A DNA stretch of 64,000 nt, from positions 7,668-71,667 of the forward strand of contig CAZRTH010000002.1 in the NCBI GenBank assembly GCA_964602975.1. Direction: 5' to 3'. Source of the stretch: an uncultured Candidatus Saccharibacteria bacterium. Lineage in GTDB: Bacteria > Patescibacteriota > Minisyncoccia > Phycocordibacterales > JBBTRF01. Made by a program: the position numbers and the translations under genes. Positions 27,886 to 38,428 of this stretch are shown here, one piece after another; position 1 is the stretch's first letter, and every line of letters begins with the position of its first letter. The notes beneath the pieces were generated by a model. The model saw only the letters and a program-made list of their open reading frames with translations, was not told the origin of the DNA and searched no databases.

Positions 27886-29361
27886 TCAAGGAGTCCTTTG
27901 AGTCCGTTCGAACAGTTTCCGATAGAGCTGTCGCTCGTTGTTCTGCATCGTGTCCAGGAACTTTCTCATCGTGCTGAATGGAACATCGAGATACCCGTCA
28001 CAGATCTGCATCTCTCCGCCCATGACCTCGAGGTCGTGTTGGGAGAAAAAAGCGTCTGTGGCCGGATCGTGATACAGATCCCACTTTTTCCCGTGCTCCC
28101 GGACGATAGGTAGAATGCCCCGGAGGGCTGCATCGCACGCATTGTGGATGTCCGGAGAATGCAGACTCCGTCTTTTCACCGTCTGGATGTCTCGGATCGC
28201 TTCGTGCGCGTGCATCACGGACCTAGATATTTCGCATTGCTGCGGATATCCGAAACGGAAGAGCGTCACCGGCACGATCTTCGCTTCGATCCTTTTGGGG
28301 ACCAGGTCGGGAGCGTGTCGGCCGATCAATTCCAGCACCTTTCGGATATTCTGGATGAAATCAGGCTTCGTGGCGTATCCGATCATGTCTGGGCCGGAGA
28401 GTTCGTAGATCGTCTTGTCACCGAATTGCCAATATGCCCAGAGGTAGAAGCTCGCCACCACCAACTCGAAGGTATAGAGTGGTCCGCCTTTTGGTTCGTA
28501 TCCGTGAGGATTCCAAACGAGCTTCTCAAGCTCTGCCAGTGTGCCCATGGCTGAAGCGGCGAGGTCTTTCAGATTTACCCGGGCTTCGTTGTGGACGCAC
28601 TTTGCTGTGAAGAACGAACCGTGACTTTCCAGCTTCACCATGCACCCGCAGGGCAGGACATATCGGCCGAGAAGTTCCGGACGATAGGTCTGCACGATCT
28701 CGAAGACTCGTGTCAGTTTGTTCCGATGCCTGAGCAATACTTGCGACTGTGTGGTGATGAGATCGCCATACAGCTTTCTCAGCGGAGCGACGTGGAGGTG
28801 GGAGAGGGTCTGCCTCTCACCATTCTCGCCGGTCCAATGATAGGGTGTGAGATATTTGGTCGTATCTTCGGGACGTAGTGCGGGCATTTGAGGGAGCAAC
28901 GGCCACTTTTCTCCGCCCAGCAGGCGGTATTGCGGCTGATTGTTCACGTCACGATGCACGCAAGTGACATCCCAGATGCAGTCAGGCAGTCTGGCTTGGG
29001 ACATCAGGAGCTTATAAGGGCTCCAGTTGCCGGCATGAGATGAGCGCCGGACACAATGGCCGGCCTTGTCGAATTCGACGAGTTGGCGAGCGGTGATATT
29101 TTCGCAGGGGGTGATGGACAGATGTTCGAACATACCGATTTCCTTTCGTGTAGAGGGTTTGTAAAGAACGAAAGCAGCCTTCACTCGAAGGCTGCTGTGT
29201 ATTTTGGAAACCGACGGGGAGGAGGGGTCTAGGAGTTTGTACTTGATCCAACACACAAAGCAGCTCTCGAATGAGCCTGGGTATATCGCTTCCAGAGATG
29301 CTTTGATGTGAATGTAAGTATCACGTTGGGTAGTATAGGGCCGAATGTGTTGGCTTGTCAA
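27886..29361 (-). CDS. hypothetical protein (491 aa)
   Basis: Long ORF with no recognisable motif; followed by recG on same strand. Confidence 0.45.
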   Translation of the reverse strand: MTSQHIRPYTTQRDTYIHIKASLEAIYPGSFESCFVCWIKYKLLDPSSPSVSKIHSSLRVKAAFVLYKPSTRKEIGMFEHLSITPCENITARQLVEFDKAGHCVRRSSHAGNWSPYKLLMSQARLPDCIWDVTCVHRDVNNQPQYRLLGGEKWPLLPQMPALRPEDTTKYLTPYHWTGENGERQTLSHLHVAPLRKLYGDLITTQSQVLLRHRNKLTRVFEIVQTYRPELLGRYVLPCGCMVKLESHGSFFTAKCVHNEARVNLKDLAASAMGTLAELEKLVWNPHGYEPKGGPLYTFELVVASFYLWAYWQFGDKTIYELSGPDMIGYATKPDFIQNIRKVLELIGRHAPDLVPKRIEAKIVPVTLFRFGYPQQCEISRSVMHAHEAIRDIQTVKRRSLHSPDIHNACDAALRGILPIVREHGKKWDLYHDPATDAFFSQHDLEVMGGEMQICDGYLDVPFSTMRKFLDTMQNNERQLYRKLFERTQRTP

Positions 29362-29393
29362 ATCTGTACTTTGTTTTAAATATTTTTTCGTAG

Positions 29394-31678
29394 CTACTCA
29401 AAATGAATCTTCTCTCCAGCGACGGTGCGTTTCGCGAGGCTGTCGCGGAGGAGGGGGAAGGCGGAAAGCGAGTCGTCGGCGTCGATGAGCCGCGCAGCCT
29501 CGGCGCGCGCGGCTTCTACCATCTTTAGATTTTGCAATGCTTCCATAGCGACATCGGTGATACCCCATTGTCGATGGCCGTACAGTTGGCCTGACCCGCG
29601 AAATTTCAAGTCGTATTCCGCTAATTCAAAACCATTTTTTGCGGTCTTCAGGGCGTTGAGTCGGTCCACGGTCTTCTCGGATTTGCTCTCGGCGAAGACA
29701 TAGCAATACGCTTGATGATTGCTGCGGATCACGCGACCGCGGAGCTGGTGCAATTGGGCCAAGCCAAAACGCTCACCACCCTCGATAACGATCGACGTTG
29801 CATTTGGCACATTCACACCCACTTCCACCACAGAGGTGGCGCAGAGAATATCGATCTTGTGTGCTTTGAAATCGAGCATCACTTCATCTTTCGCTTTTGG
29901 TGTCATCTTGCTGTGCAAAATACCGAGCGTGTATTCGCAAAACACTTTGTCTTTCAGACGCTTCGCCTCCTCAGTCACGGATTTGGCATTCACCGCGTCT
30001 TCTTTGTCCGGATCTGGTTCGTTGATGCGTGGACAGATCACATACGCTTGTCGACCGGATTGCAATTCAGTGCGAATTTTTTCATATACAGCATTGCGTC
30101 CATTTGGCAGGACGATTTCGGTGATGATCGGCTTGCGGCCCATTGGCATTTGGTCGAGCAGAGTGAGGTCGAGGTCCCCATACAAGGTGAGGGCGAGCGT
30201 TCGAGGGATCGGCGTCGCGGTCATCGATAGGAGGTGCGGGGCGACGACTGCGCTCGGTGCGCTTGGTGGGGCGAGCTTGCTGGTCTTGGTCGGCGCACTC
30301 GCCGTTCCAGCATCATTTTTCAGCGCGAGTTTTTGGCGTTGCGCCGTCCCGAAGCGATGCTGTTCGTCGATGATGATGTAGGCTAAATGCTTGAACTTCA
30401 CGGCCTTTTGAATGAGTGCGTGCGTGCCGATCAAAATGGGGATCTCACCGCTCTCGACCCATTTCAGTAGTTGGGTACGTGAGATGTCGGTCCAATTCTG
30501 CCGGCCTTTTTCCGCGGCGACACGCGCGTTTGAAGCGACTTTCGATGGAAATTTTCGGCAGCCTGAGCCAGTGATGAGGCCGACCTGCAAGCCAAGATGA
30601 GTGAAATAATTGATGAAGGATTCGAAATGTTGCGTGGCGAGGATCTCGGTGGGGCACATGTAGGCGACCTGGAGATTGCCGAAGGTTTGCGGGACACGTT
30701 TGCCGTCTTTCAACATGCTCGGCCGCGAGGTGACGATGGCGTAAGCGGTCGCGGCTGCCACGGCGGTCTTGCCGGAGCCCACGTCACCCTCCAACAGCCG
30801 CGACATTGGTTTGCCGCTTTTGAAGTCGGCGAGAATGGTCTGGATCGCAGTGTGTTGCGCCTCGGTGGCATTGAAAGGGAAGCGGCCGATGAAGTCGGCG
30901 AGTTCGGCCTCGGTTTTTTCAATAATGAAACCATTGAGCTTTTGATACTGCTTGCGATCGCGCTGTTTTTGCAGTTGGATGAAAAAGATCTCTTCGAAGG
31001 CGAAGCGTTTGCGGGCAGCAAGCGCGTCACTTTCTTTTTGCGGCGCATGAATCCATATCAGGGCAGTGCGAAGTGCTGGGAGATTATATTTTTCGAGTAT
31101 GGTGGTCGGGAGCGGGTCAATAAGTGTTTCCAAAATACCAGATTTAAAGACGCGCTGAATAGCGTGGTACATCCAGTTGGAAGTGATACCGCGCGACTCT
31201 GGATACACCGGATACAGAGTGTGGGTCTCGCCGTCGGATCCAAACAGAGAGTCGCCGACCGTGATCGGCACCTTCGCTATCGCTTCAATTTTTGGGTTGC
31301 TAAGATAGAGACTCCCTCGTCGTTCGCTCACCTTGCCCTCGACACGCACGAATGCACCCTCCGCTGTCATTTTTGCAAGATACGGCTGATTGAACCACAC
31401 CGCTTTGATCCGGCCAGTATCGTCTTCGATCGTCCCCTCGGCCATCGCGATTTTGGTGCGAAATCCTTTGCTTGTTTTCAATCCGGTGATGCGGCCAAAG
31501 ATCACCGCGGTGTCACCTTGAGCCAAATTCCCGATCGGACGCATCTCGGAGACATCGCCGTATCGTGCAGGGAAGTGATAGAGGAGGTCTTCGGCGGTGC
31601 GCAGGCCAAGTTTCGCCAAAGCCTTTCGCTGTGGCTCGATAAGTCGTTGAAATTCGGCGATAGGAGTCTGCAAATGCA
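29394..31678 (-). CDS. recG: ATP-dependent DNA helicase RecG
   Basis: N-terminal 'LAKLGLRTAEDLLYHFPARYGD' (RecG-type start), wedge-like region, helicase motif I 'LEGDVGSGKTAVAA', motif II 'IIDEQHRFG', motif VI 'QLHQLRGRVIR'; start set at Met 32 of the ORF-track translation (ATG ~31678). Confidence 0.8.
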
Positions 31679-31807
31679 TCGCTGTATTGTATCTGAAACG
31701 CCAGCTACCCGATGATTGACTTTTCATCAAAAATATGCTAGGGTGTAGCTCGATTTGTTTCTGTTCAACCAATAGTCAAAGTGGTCAACAATTGAAAATC
31801 CATCAAT

Positions 31808-32359
31808 ATGAAGACGAAAGCATCCCGTAGACGTTTGCCCAAAAAACCCTTGTTCGTGGGCATGGCGGTCGGTCCCGCTCATCACAGCTTCGGCGCTCCG
31901 GGCTATGCTGAAGGAGTGGTCGCCGCAATAGTCATTTGCCCTCACGGTCGCCTGGACACGGACTCATTCTACGACTTCGTCACTAACGAGGAAGGTTCTG
32001 CGAACGTAGTTTCGGAAAGATTCGTCCGTTGGTTGTCGCGCCACACCCAGAATCCCGTGTGCGTGGTGATCGACTCCGGAAAGTTTCATCTCGCCAAGGC
32101 GGCTCTCGGTTTGCACTTCAGCTCTAACGGCATGAAGGTGCTCGATCTCGCTTCAATGGCTGGGGCTACCTGTCTCGACCTAGAGATGCTGGTGAAGGCA
32201 GTTAATGCGACCAACCACGCAGTGATCGGAACAGATGAATCGCACCTGTGCGCGAAGAAGGAGGTGAACATCATTGTTTCCGAGCTGAAACGGCTCTTTC
32301 CACACATGCTGCCGCTCTCGCTGCGCAGGCAGCGCCGGCAAGTTCCGGTCACCGGTTGA
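31808..32359 (+). CDS. hypothetical protein (183 aa)
   Basis: ORF divergent from recG; no motif recognised. Confidence 0.4.
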   Translation: MKTKASRRRLPKKPLFVGMAVGPAHHSFGAPGYAEGVVAAIVICPHGRLDTDSFYDFVTNEEGSANVVSERFVRWLSRHTQNPVCVVIDSGKFHLAKAALGLHFSSNGMKVLDLASMAGATCLDLEMLVKAVNATNHAVIGTDESHLCAKKEVNIIVSELKRLFPHMLPLSLRRQRRQVPVTG

Positions 32360-32437
32360 CCGAGAAAGTCTCGCCTAATTCTCTCCACACGCCGCAGCGC
32401 TTCCCAGCGCTGCGGCCTTCTTTTTGTTCTGAATGCT

Positions 32438-33130
32438 TTGGGCTATACTGTCGCCATGAGCAATATCCGCATCGAACCCTCTTGGAAAAAAGTTCTCACC
32501 AGAGAACTGGAAAAGCCGTATTTCAAAACCCTTTCAGAATTCGTGCGCAAGGAATATGTTGCTGCGAAAGGCAAAATGTATCCTCCACCAAAAAACATTT
32601 TCCGAGCTTTTGACCTTTGTCCGTTTGACCAAGTGAAGGTGGTCATCCTCGGACAAGACCCATATCACGGTGCCGGCCAGGCCAATGGTCTTTGTTTTGC
32701 TGTGCATGAAAACATCGCATTGCCGCCCTCGTTGCAAAATATGTTCAAAGAGATACAGGCGGATCTCGGCATCGAGCCGGAACGGAATGGCGATCTCTCC
32801 CGTTGGGCGAAACAGGGCGTATTACTTCTCAACGCCACACTCACCGTTCGTGCCAGTACGCCAGGCTCGCATCAAGGCAAAGGCTGGGAAGAATTCACCG
32901 ATGCGGCCGTCGCCGCTCTTTCGCAGCAGCGCGAGCACCTCGTATTTATTCTCTGGGGGAATTATGCCAAGAAAAAGGGAGCGATCATCGATCGTTCAAA
33001 ACATTTAGTCTTGGAATCCGCCCACCCTTCGCCTTTTTCAGCCAACAATGGTTTTTTCGGCAGCAAGCATTTCAGCAAGGCAAACGCCTATTTGAAAGAG
33101 AAGGGAGTAAAAGAAATCGATTGGAGGTAG
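32438..33130 (+). CDS. ung: uracil-DNA glycosylase (family 1)
   Basis: 'VKVVILGQDPYHGAGQANGLCFAV' (UNG water-activating loop GQDPYH), 'LLLNATLTVRAS', C-terminal 'HPSPFSA' His motif. Confidence 0.85.
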   Translation: MGYTVAMSNIRIEPSWKKVLTRELEKPYFKTLSEFVRKEYVAAKGKMYPPPKNIFRAFDLCPFDQVKVVILGQDPYHGAGQANGLCFAVHENIALPPSLQNMFKEIQADLGIEPERNGDLSRWAKQGVLLLNATLTVRASTPGSHQGKGWEEFTDAAVAALSQQREHLVFILWGNYAKKKGAIIDRSKHLVLESAHPSPFSANNGFFGSKHFSKANAYLKEKGVKEIDWR

Positions 33131-33132
33131 CG

Positions 33133-33600
33133 CTACTGAACCACGATCACGCCTTTCGCTGTTGGGGTGATCTTGTTGATGTACTCAAACACGCCTCGAT
33201 TGACGAAGGTGAAGATATACGTGCCGCCCTTGCCAACAGATCGCTCTTGGTTGAAGACGGGGTACTCGCTGTTGTATGAGTCTGGTCCGGACATCACCCA
33301 CATGGATTGATTGCTTGAATTCAAAAAGGTTACTGACTCTCCGGCCTTGACCACGAGAGAATCAGGAGAGAATTTGCCGTTGTTGTAGCTGACAGTATTT
33401 TTTGGCAGAGGAGCGATGGTCTTGGTCGATGTTTTTGGCTGGGATGCCGCTGGTGTAGTTGTTTTCTGAAGGGCCGGATTCAAGACTGTCGGAGTTTGCT
33501 GTGTTGTGTCGGTCGCCGGTGCCTGCGCGTCTCGGAAATAGAAGAAGAGTCCGACGACGATGATGGCAACGATGATCGCGATGGATTGGTTGTTGTTCAT
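33133..33600 (-). CDS. hypothetical membrane-anchored secreted protein
   Basis: N-terminal TM 'IAIIVAIIVVGLFFYF', Thr/Pro/Gln-rich linker, then a ~90-aa beta-rich domain. Confidence 0.45.
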   Translation of the reverse strand: MNNNQSIAIIVAIIVVGLFFYFRDAQAPATDTTQQTPTVLNPALQKTTTPAASQPKTSTKTIAPLPKNTVSYNNGKFSPDSLVVKAGESVTFLNSSNQSMWVMSGPDSYNSEYPVFNQERSVGKGGTYIFTFVNRGVFEYINKITPTAKGVIVVQ

Positions 33601-33663
33601 GTTAAAAGGTGTCTAAGCGGATATGCAAATAGTATACCCCCGAGCGGGGAAGGAGGCGAGGGA

Positions 33664-34182
33664 TTAGCGATGCGACACGTAGATGGTTTTGAGCATCTGC
33701 AATCCTCGGTGGAGCTGGACGGCAATGGCATTTTTTGTTTGGCCCGTCAGCAGCGCCATTTCCGGGAGCGATAGATCCTGCACATGTCGCATTCGCATCA
33801 CTTTTTGGTACTTGATAGGGAGCTGAACGATGAGAAGTATCGCCGATTTGCCGTCGAGCGTGTTGTAGAGGCGTTCGGTGTCGCTCTCGGCTGCCGGCTC
33901 GAAGCCTTTTTCGATGAGTACGTCCAAAGACGAGGACTTATGCTTTCGATACTGGTCGACGATCAAATGGTTCAGAATATGGTAGAGGAATGCTTTCATT
34001 ACATCGATCTTGCCGCCCTTCACCAGGTATTTCCACGTCTTCATGAAGGTGTCCTGCACGAGGTCTTCGCCGATCGCGTGGTCTCCCGTCTTGAAAAAAG
34101 CCCGGACATTCAAGCCTTTTTCGTAGTTCTTGTGAGCTACCGCCATCACCGTCTGTAGTTCGGTTTGTTGCGTCGGCGTCAT
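33664..34182 (-). CDS. RNA polymerase sigma factor, sigma-70 ECF subfamily
   Basis: Region 2 'LVQDTFMKTWKYL...FLYHILNHLIVDQYRK' and region 4 HTH 'LPIKYQKVMRMRHVQDLSLPEMALLTGQTKNAIAVQLHRGLQML'. Confidence 0.7.
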   Translation of the reverse strand: MTPTQQTELQTVMAVAHKNYEKGLNVRAFFKTGDHAIGEDLVQDTFMKTWKYLVKGGKIDVMKAFLYHILNHLIVDQYRKHKSSSLDVLIEKGFEPAAESDTERLYNTLDGKSAILLIVQLPIKYQKVMRMRHVQDLSLPEMALLTGQTKNAIAVQLHRGLQMLKTIYVSHR

Positions 34183-34299
34183 TACATAGAGTAGCCGTCA
34201 TGGGCGGCGAGATATTACAGAGCTATTACAAGGGTCGTACCGAAGAGAGATTTACTGGACTTCTATTGTATCATGTTATGTAATGCATAGCGAACTGTA

Positions 34300-34857
34300 A
34301 TGAATTCCTCGACGTTACGGCCTTGGGGCATGGAAACATATAAAAAACAGCTTTGCGAGGAGAACTGGATGTATATCAAAGCGATCGTGGATGTGGTTCG
34401 AGAGCCTATTTTGATCCTAAATAAAGATCTACGGGTTTTGGCGGCAAACGAGTCTTTTTACCGGACATTTCAGGTAGAGGCGAAAGATACCGAGCAAAAA
34501 GTCGTGTACGAACTTGGCAATGGTCAGTGGAATATCCCGGCGCTGAGAAAGTTGCTGGAAGAGATCTTGCCGCAGAACACCTTTTTCAAAGGGTTCGAGG
34601 TGATCCACGCTTTTCCGTTCATCGGAAACAAGGTGATGATCTTGAACGCTCGACTTTTGCATTTCAAAGAGAACGCGCTTGCGATGTTCCCGGACAGTAT
34701 CTTTCTCGCCATCGAAGATGTCACCGAGATGATGGCTGTGGCCGAAACTTTGGCTGAACACGCTAAGCGAATGGAAACAAAACTCACCGAACGCACACAA
34801 AAATTGGAGATCCACATTGGAAAATTGGAAAAAGAGATCAACGATCTGAAGAAATAA
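34300..34857 (+). CDS. hypothetical protein with C-terminal coiled coil
   Basis: 185-aa ORF divergent from ECF sigma gene; no motif recognised. Confidence 0.4.
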   Translation: MNSSTLRPWGMETYKKQLCEENWMYIKAIVDVVREPILILNKDLRVLAANESFYRTFQVEAKDTEQKVVYELGNGQWNIPALRKLLEEILPQNTFFKGFEVIHAFPFIGNKVMILNARLLHFKENALAMFPDSIFLAIEDVTEMMAVAETLAEHAKRMETKLTERTQKLEIHIGKLEKEINDLKK

Positions 34858-34957
34858 TTTCAGTACTGTAATATGTTTCTCGGCGAGACGGCATGATAGG
34901 TGATCGAGACAATCTTTACTCTATTACTTTATCATCGCATTACATAACATTACTCAA

Positions 34958-35617
34958 ATGACAAAAACTCTCACCGCTCAAAAAGCGAACCTATCCGCAG
35001 TAGCAGGCATTCTCTCTGTCCTCGTTCTCGCCGGAGCATTCGGCGTTCAACAGGCAAGCGCCGCTCTTGTTAGTCCGATGGCTATCGGCACTCGAAGCGC
35101 TCAGGTCACCCAGCTCCAGCAGTTCTTAGCGGCAAACTCAGCGATCTATCCTGAGGGATTGGTCACCGGCTATTTCGGTCCACTGACCGCAGCCGCCGTT
35201 ACGCAGTTCCAGTTGAATTACGACATCTCTCCAGTCGGACAGGTGGGCCCGATCACTCTCGCTCGAATGAATGCCGTTATGAATTCCGGCCTCACTCTCG
35301 ATATCGCCGCTCCGGTCATCACCGGACACGTTGTCCAGGTGAACGGTCTTTCCGCAACCCTCCGATGGGACACCAACTCTCAGGCGAGTGGAAAGGTACA
35401 CTACGCAACACAACCCTTGCAGGTTCAGGAAGCTCAGACAAGCTTCACTGCTCCCTATATCAGCGGACTCGTAGCTAATGGTCTTGTCGGCGCATACAAT
35501 CAGAGCGTCACTATCAATGGCTTGCAGTCCAACACTGTTTACTACTATGTTGTTGAATCGGCTGACCCTTCAGGCAATGTCTCAGTTCTTCCACAGAGCT
35601 CGTTCCGAACGAACTAG
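34958..35617 (+). CDS. secreted protein with peptidoglycan-binding (PGBD_1-like) domain and C-terminal FN3-like domain
   Basis: Signal-like N-terminus; 'SAQVTQLQQFLAANSAIYPEGLVTGYFGPLTAAAVTQFQ' matches PG_binding_1 pattern (V..LQ..L...G......G.FG..T..AV..FQ). Confidence 0.55.
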   Translation: MTKTLTAQKANLSAVAGILSVLVLAGAFGVQQASAALVSPMAIGTRSAQVTQLQQFLAANSAIYPEGLVTGYFGPLTAAAVTQFQLNYDISPVGQVGPITLARMNAVMNSGLTLDIAAPVITGHVVQVNGLSATLRWDTNSQASGKVHYATQPLQVQEAQTSFTAPYISGLVANGLVGAYNQSVTINGLQSNTVYYYVVESADPSGNVSVLPQSSFRTN

Positions 35618-35747
35618 TTTTTGGCAGATGGAAAAAGAGATCAGAAAAACCGCCGGGCATGCCCGGCGGTTTTTTTGTTGTCGGATAATAGTTGGTGAAG
35701 AAGGGACTTTTCTCCATTCCTTGTTCGTTCGCTTTGCTCACTCACTG

Positions 35748-35835
35748 CGGAAGGGGGGGGATTCGAACCCCCGAGGGTTGTTTAGACCCTGCCTCTTTAG
35801 CAAAGAGGTACATTCGACCGCTCTGACACCCCTCC
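35748..35835 (-). tRNA. tRNA-Ser (anticodon GCU), class II with long variable arm
   Basis: Minus-strand: acceptor GGAGGGG/CCCTTCC, anticodon stem CCTCT/AGAGG with loop TT-GCT-AA, variable stem AGGGT/ACCCT, T-arm GGGGG-TTCGAAT-CCCCC, discriminator G; D-stem pairing imperfect as I read it. Confidence 0.6.
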
Positions 35836-35926
35836 GTGGATACTCGGCGATGATAGCATATTTTTCGACTTTTGTGCCAGTCATCTGAGCATTTTTTGGA
35901 AGCACTAGTGTGCAGTCGGTGGACGG

Positions 35927-36619
35927 TCAATGAGCGAGCGTGATGGCGATGACCTCGCTTGCACCCGTCTGCAAAAGCGTCGCTCGAGCTTGCCGAAGAG
36001 TGCTACCGGTGGTCATAACATCGTCGATGATGATGTAACGTGCCCCAGCTATTTTTTGCTGTGACGCGATTTCAAAGCAATCTTCCAGATTCTTCAAACG
36101 CTCTTCGCGAGTGAGGGTGGTCTGCGGAATGGTGTGGCGATTGCGGCGCAGAAGATCGAAATCGATCTTCCAGCGGCTGTCAATATGGAGTTGTTCGAGG
36201 ATCAGTTCGATCTGGTTGTATCCACGTTCGCGACGGCGTTTTTCTGAGAGGGGAATCGGTACGATGGTGATCGGCGATCCATTTTGTCTGTTTTGTTCGG
36301 AGACTCTATTTAATTCGACACCCAACAATTCGCTAAAAAGCCGCGCCACCCTCGCGTTTTTTCTATATTTTAGCTCCCAGATGGCCGCGCGGACATGTCG
36401 GTTGCGATACGCGAGGATGGCGCGGCACCAATCGGCGCATTCAGGCGGATAATGGCCACGGAAACGGCGACTCGAATAGTCCGGTGCGACGCCATCGGCA
36501 AAAGCCTCAGTCGACATCGCCTCGATCTCTCGCACCAGTTCGGCTTTTGGAAAAAGCAGGTCAAGAAAAGTATCCGACAGCAGGTACGATAGCTCGCATA
36601 ATTTCGCAGAAAATTTCAT
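35927..36619 (-). CDS. comF: ComF family protein (ComFC-like, phosphoribosyltransferase domain)
   Basis: C-terminal PRTase motif 'ARYIIIDDVMTTGSTL'; N-terminal Cys pair 'PPECADWC'; divergent from pilM. Confidence 0.6.
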   Translation of the reverse strand: MKFSAKLCELSYLLSDTFLDLLFPKAELVREIEAMSTEAFADGVAPDYSSRRFRGHYPPECADWCRAILAYRNRHVRAAIWELKYRKNARVARLFSELLGVELNRVSEQNRQNGSPITIVPIPLSEKRRRERGYNQIELILEQLHIDSRWKIDFDLLRRNRHTIPQTTLTREERLKNLEDCFEIASQQKIAGARYIIIDDVMTTGSTLRQARATLLQTGASEVIAITLAH

Positions 36620-36640
36620 GCTATAATTTTAGCATTCTCC

Positions 36641-37729
36641 ATGGACAATCCTTTCAGCAAAATTGCCGGCCTCTTTAAAAAAGGGGAGTCGAGCGTCATC
36701 GGCGTGGACATTGGTCCCTCGTCTATCAAAGTGGTGCAATTGAAAAAGCAGAACGGCAAGGCTGTGCTGGAGACATACGGTGCATTAGCGCTCGGTCCGT
36801 ACGCGGGCATCGAAGTTGGCCGCGCCACTCGCTTGCCGCCACAAAAGCTCTCCGAAGCACTCCTCGACCTGCTTCGCGAGGCGAGCGTCACTTCAAAACA
36901 AGCCGGCCTCTCTATTCCAATGTCCTCGAGCTTGGTCAATGTCATTCAAGTTCCGGAGGTGGACCAAAAACAATTGGCGCAGATGATCCCGATCGAGGCG
37001 CGAAAATATATTCCGATTTCCATCAGCGAAGTTTCTCTCGATTGGTGGGTGATCCCAAAAGATGAAACGCAGGAGAAAGACGGCAAGATCGACGTATTGC
37101 TGGTGGTGATCCACAATGACGCCTTGGCGCAGGCACGCGATGTTATCAAACTCTCTGCACTCGACACTTCGTTCTTTGAGATCGAGATCTTCAGCACTAT
37201 TCGCGCAGTGCTGGAACATGAATCCGACCCTTCGATGATTATTGACCTTGGCGCGGGCTCTACAAAGCTCTATATTGTCGATAGAGGTATTTTGCGAGTG
37301 TCGCACATTGTCACCCGCGGCTCGCAGGATTTCACTTTGGCCCTTTCTCAATCGCTCGGCATCACTATCGAAGAAGCCGAGGTGATGAAACGGGAGAAGG
37401 GCTTGCTCGCGGGTGCCGAAAATGCCGAATTGGCAGGCGTGATGACCTCCAGCATCAACCTCATCTTTGCCGAAGCGAATCGCGTATTGCTGAATTATCA
37501 AAAGAAATATCACAAAAATGTCGGCAAGGTGGTGCTCACCGGCGGCGGAGCCATGCTCAAGGGTTTCGCCGAACTCGCCCAGAAAGAGCTTCAGACTCCT
37601 GTAGTACCGGCCAATCCGTTCATTAAGGTGGAAGCACCGGCTTTTTTGGAAAAAGTGCTCAAAGACGCCGGTCCGGAGTTTGCCGTGGCGGTTGGTTTGG
37701 CATTGAGAAAGCTGCAAGATCTCGATTAG
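36641..37729 (+). CDS. pilM: type IV pilus assembly protein PilM (actin-like ATPase)
   Basis: 'VIGVDIGPSSIKVVQLKK' N-terminal sugar-kinase/actin fold start, 'IIDLGAGSTKLYIV', 'VVLTGGGAM' motifs; heads pilMNO-like trio. Confidence 0.8.
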   Translation: MDNPFSKIAGLFKKGESSVIGVDIGPSSIKVVQLKKQNGKAVLETYGALALGPYAGIEVGRATRLPPQKLSEALLDLLREASVTSKQAGLSIPMSSSLVNVIQVPEVDQKQLAQMIPIEARKYIPISISEVSLDWWVIPKDETQEKDGKIDVLLVVIHNDALAQARDVIKLSALDTSFFEIEIFSTIRAVLEHESDPSMIIDLGAGSTKLYIVDRGILRVSHIVTRGSQDFTLALSQSLGITIEEAEVMKREKGLLAGAENAELAGVMTSSINLIFAEANRVLLNYQKKYHKNVGKVVLTGGGAMLKGFAELAQKELQTPVVPANPFIKVEAPAFLEKVLKDAGPEFAVAVGLALRKLQDLD

Positions 37730-37786
37730 AAGGATATACACAGTCGATAGCGAGCGTGGAGCTCTATTCCGTACTATAATAGAGCA

Positions 37787-38413
37787 ATGGATCCGAAGAT
37801 GCAGTCCTCTTTCATCCCCAAAACGCCGATCTCCAGCGATCGAGGAACACGCACCTCGAGTACAGTCAACCTCTTTTTCCTTATCTCGGTGCTCATTTTT
37901 ATCGTGACCCTCGCTATTGGCGGGTTTCTTTTCTTCTATAACGCCCAGCAGCAGAAACAGATTGACACGATTGCGAGCAGCTTGATAGCCTCGGAGAAAA
38001 AAGACTTTTCTGATACCGATGTCGAATCGTGGAGCTCGCTCGACAAGCGCATTCAGGCGGCTCAAGAGGTGCTTCAGCGCCACTATGCGGTATCGAGCCT
38101 TTTTAGACTTTTGCAAGAACTGACGGTGAAAAATGTCCGCTTCACGCGGTTTGATTTTGCGCTCAAAGACGAGCAGCTCGACAAGCCGAACCTGACCCTT
38201 TCGCTGGCCGGCGAAGGGCGGAGCTACAACGCGATCTCGTACCAATCTGATGTCATGAGGTCGTCCGAGAGCTTGAAAGACGTGTTGTTCTCCGATGTGC
38301 GCCTCGACGAAAAGGGAAATGTCCTGTTCTCCGTGAAGGCCGCGGTCGACCCGGCGCTCACTTTGTATAAAAACTTGTTCCTCGCCGGCAGCGCGAGCGC
38401 TTCGCAGCAATAA
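37787..38413 (+). CDS. PilN-like pilus assembly membrane protein
   Basis: Single N-terminal TM 'LFFLISVLIFIVTLAIGGFLFFY' then periplasmic coiled/alpha-beta region; position after pilM. Confidence 0.5.
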   Translation: MDPKMQSSFIPKTPISSDRGTRTSSTVNLFFLISVLIFIVTLAIGGFLFFYNAQQQKQIDTIASSLIASEKKDFSDTDVESWSSLDKRIQAAQEVLQRHYAVSSLFRLLQELTVKNVRFTRFDFALKDEQLDKPNLTLSLAGEGRSYNAISYQSDVMRSSESLKDVLFSDVRLDEKGNVLFSVKAAVDPALTLYKNLFLAGSASASQQ

Positions 38414-38428
38414 TTTCATACACATATC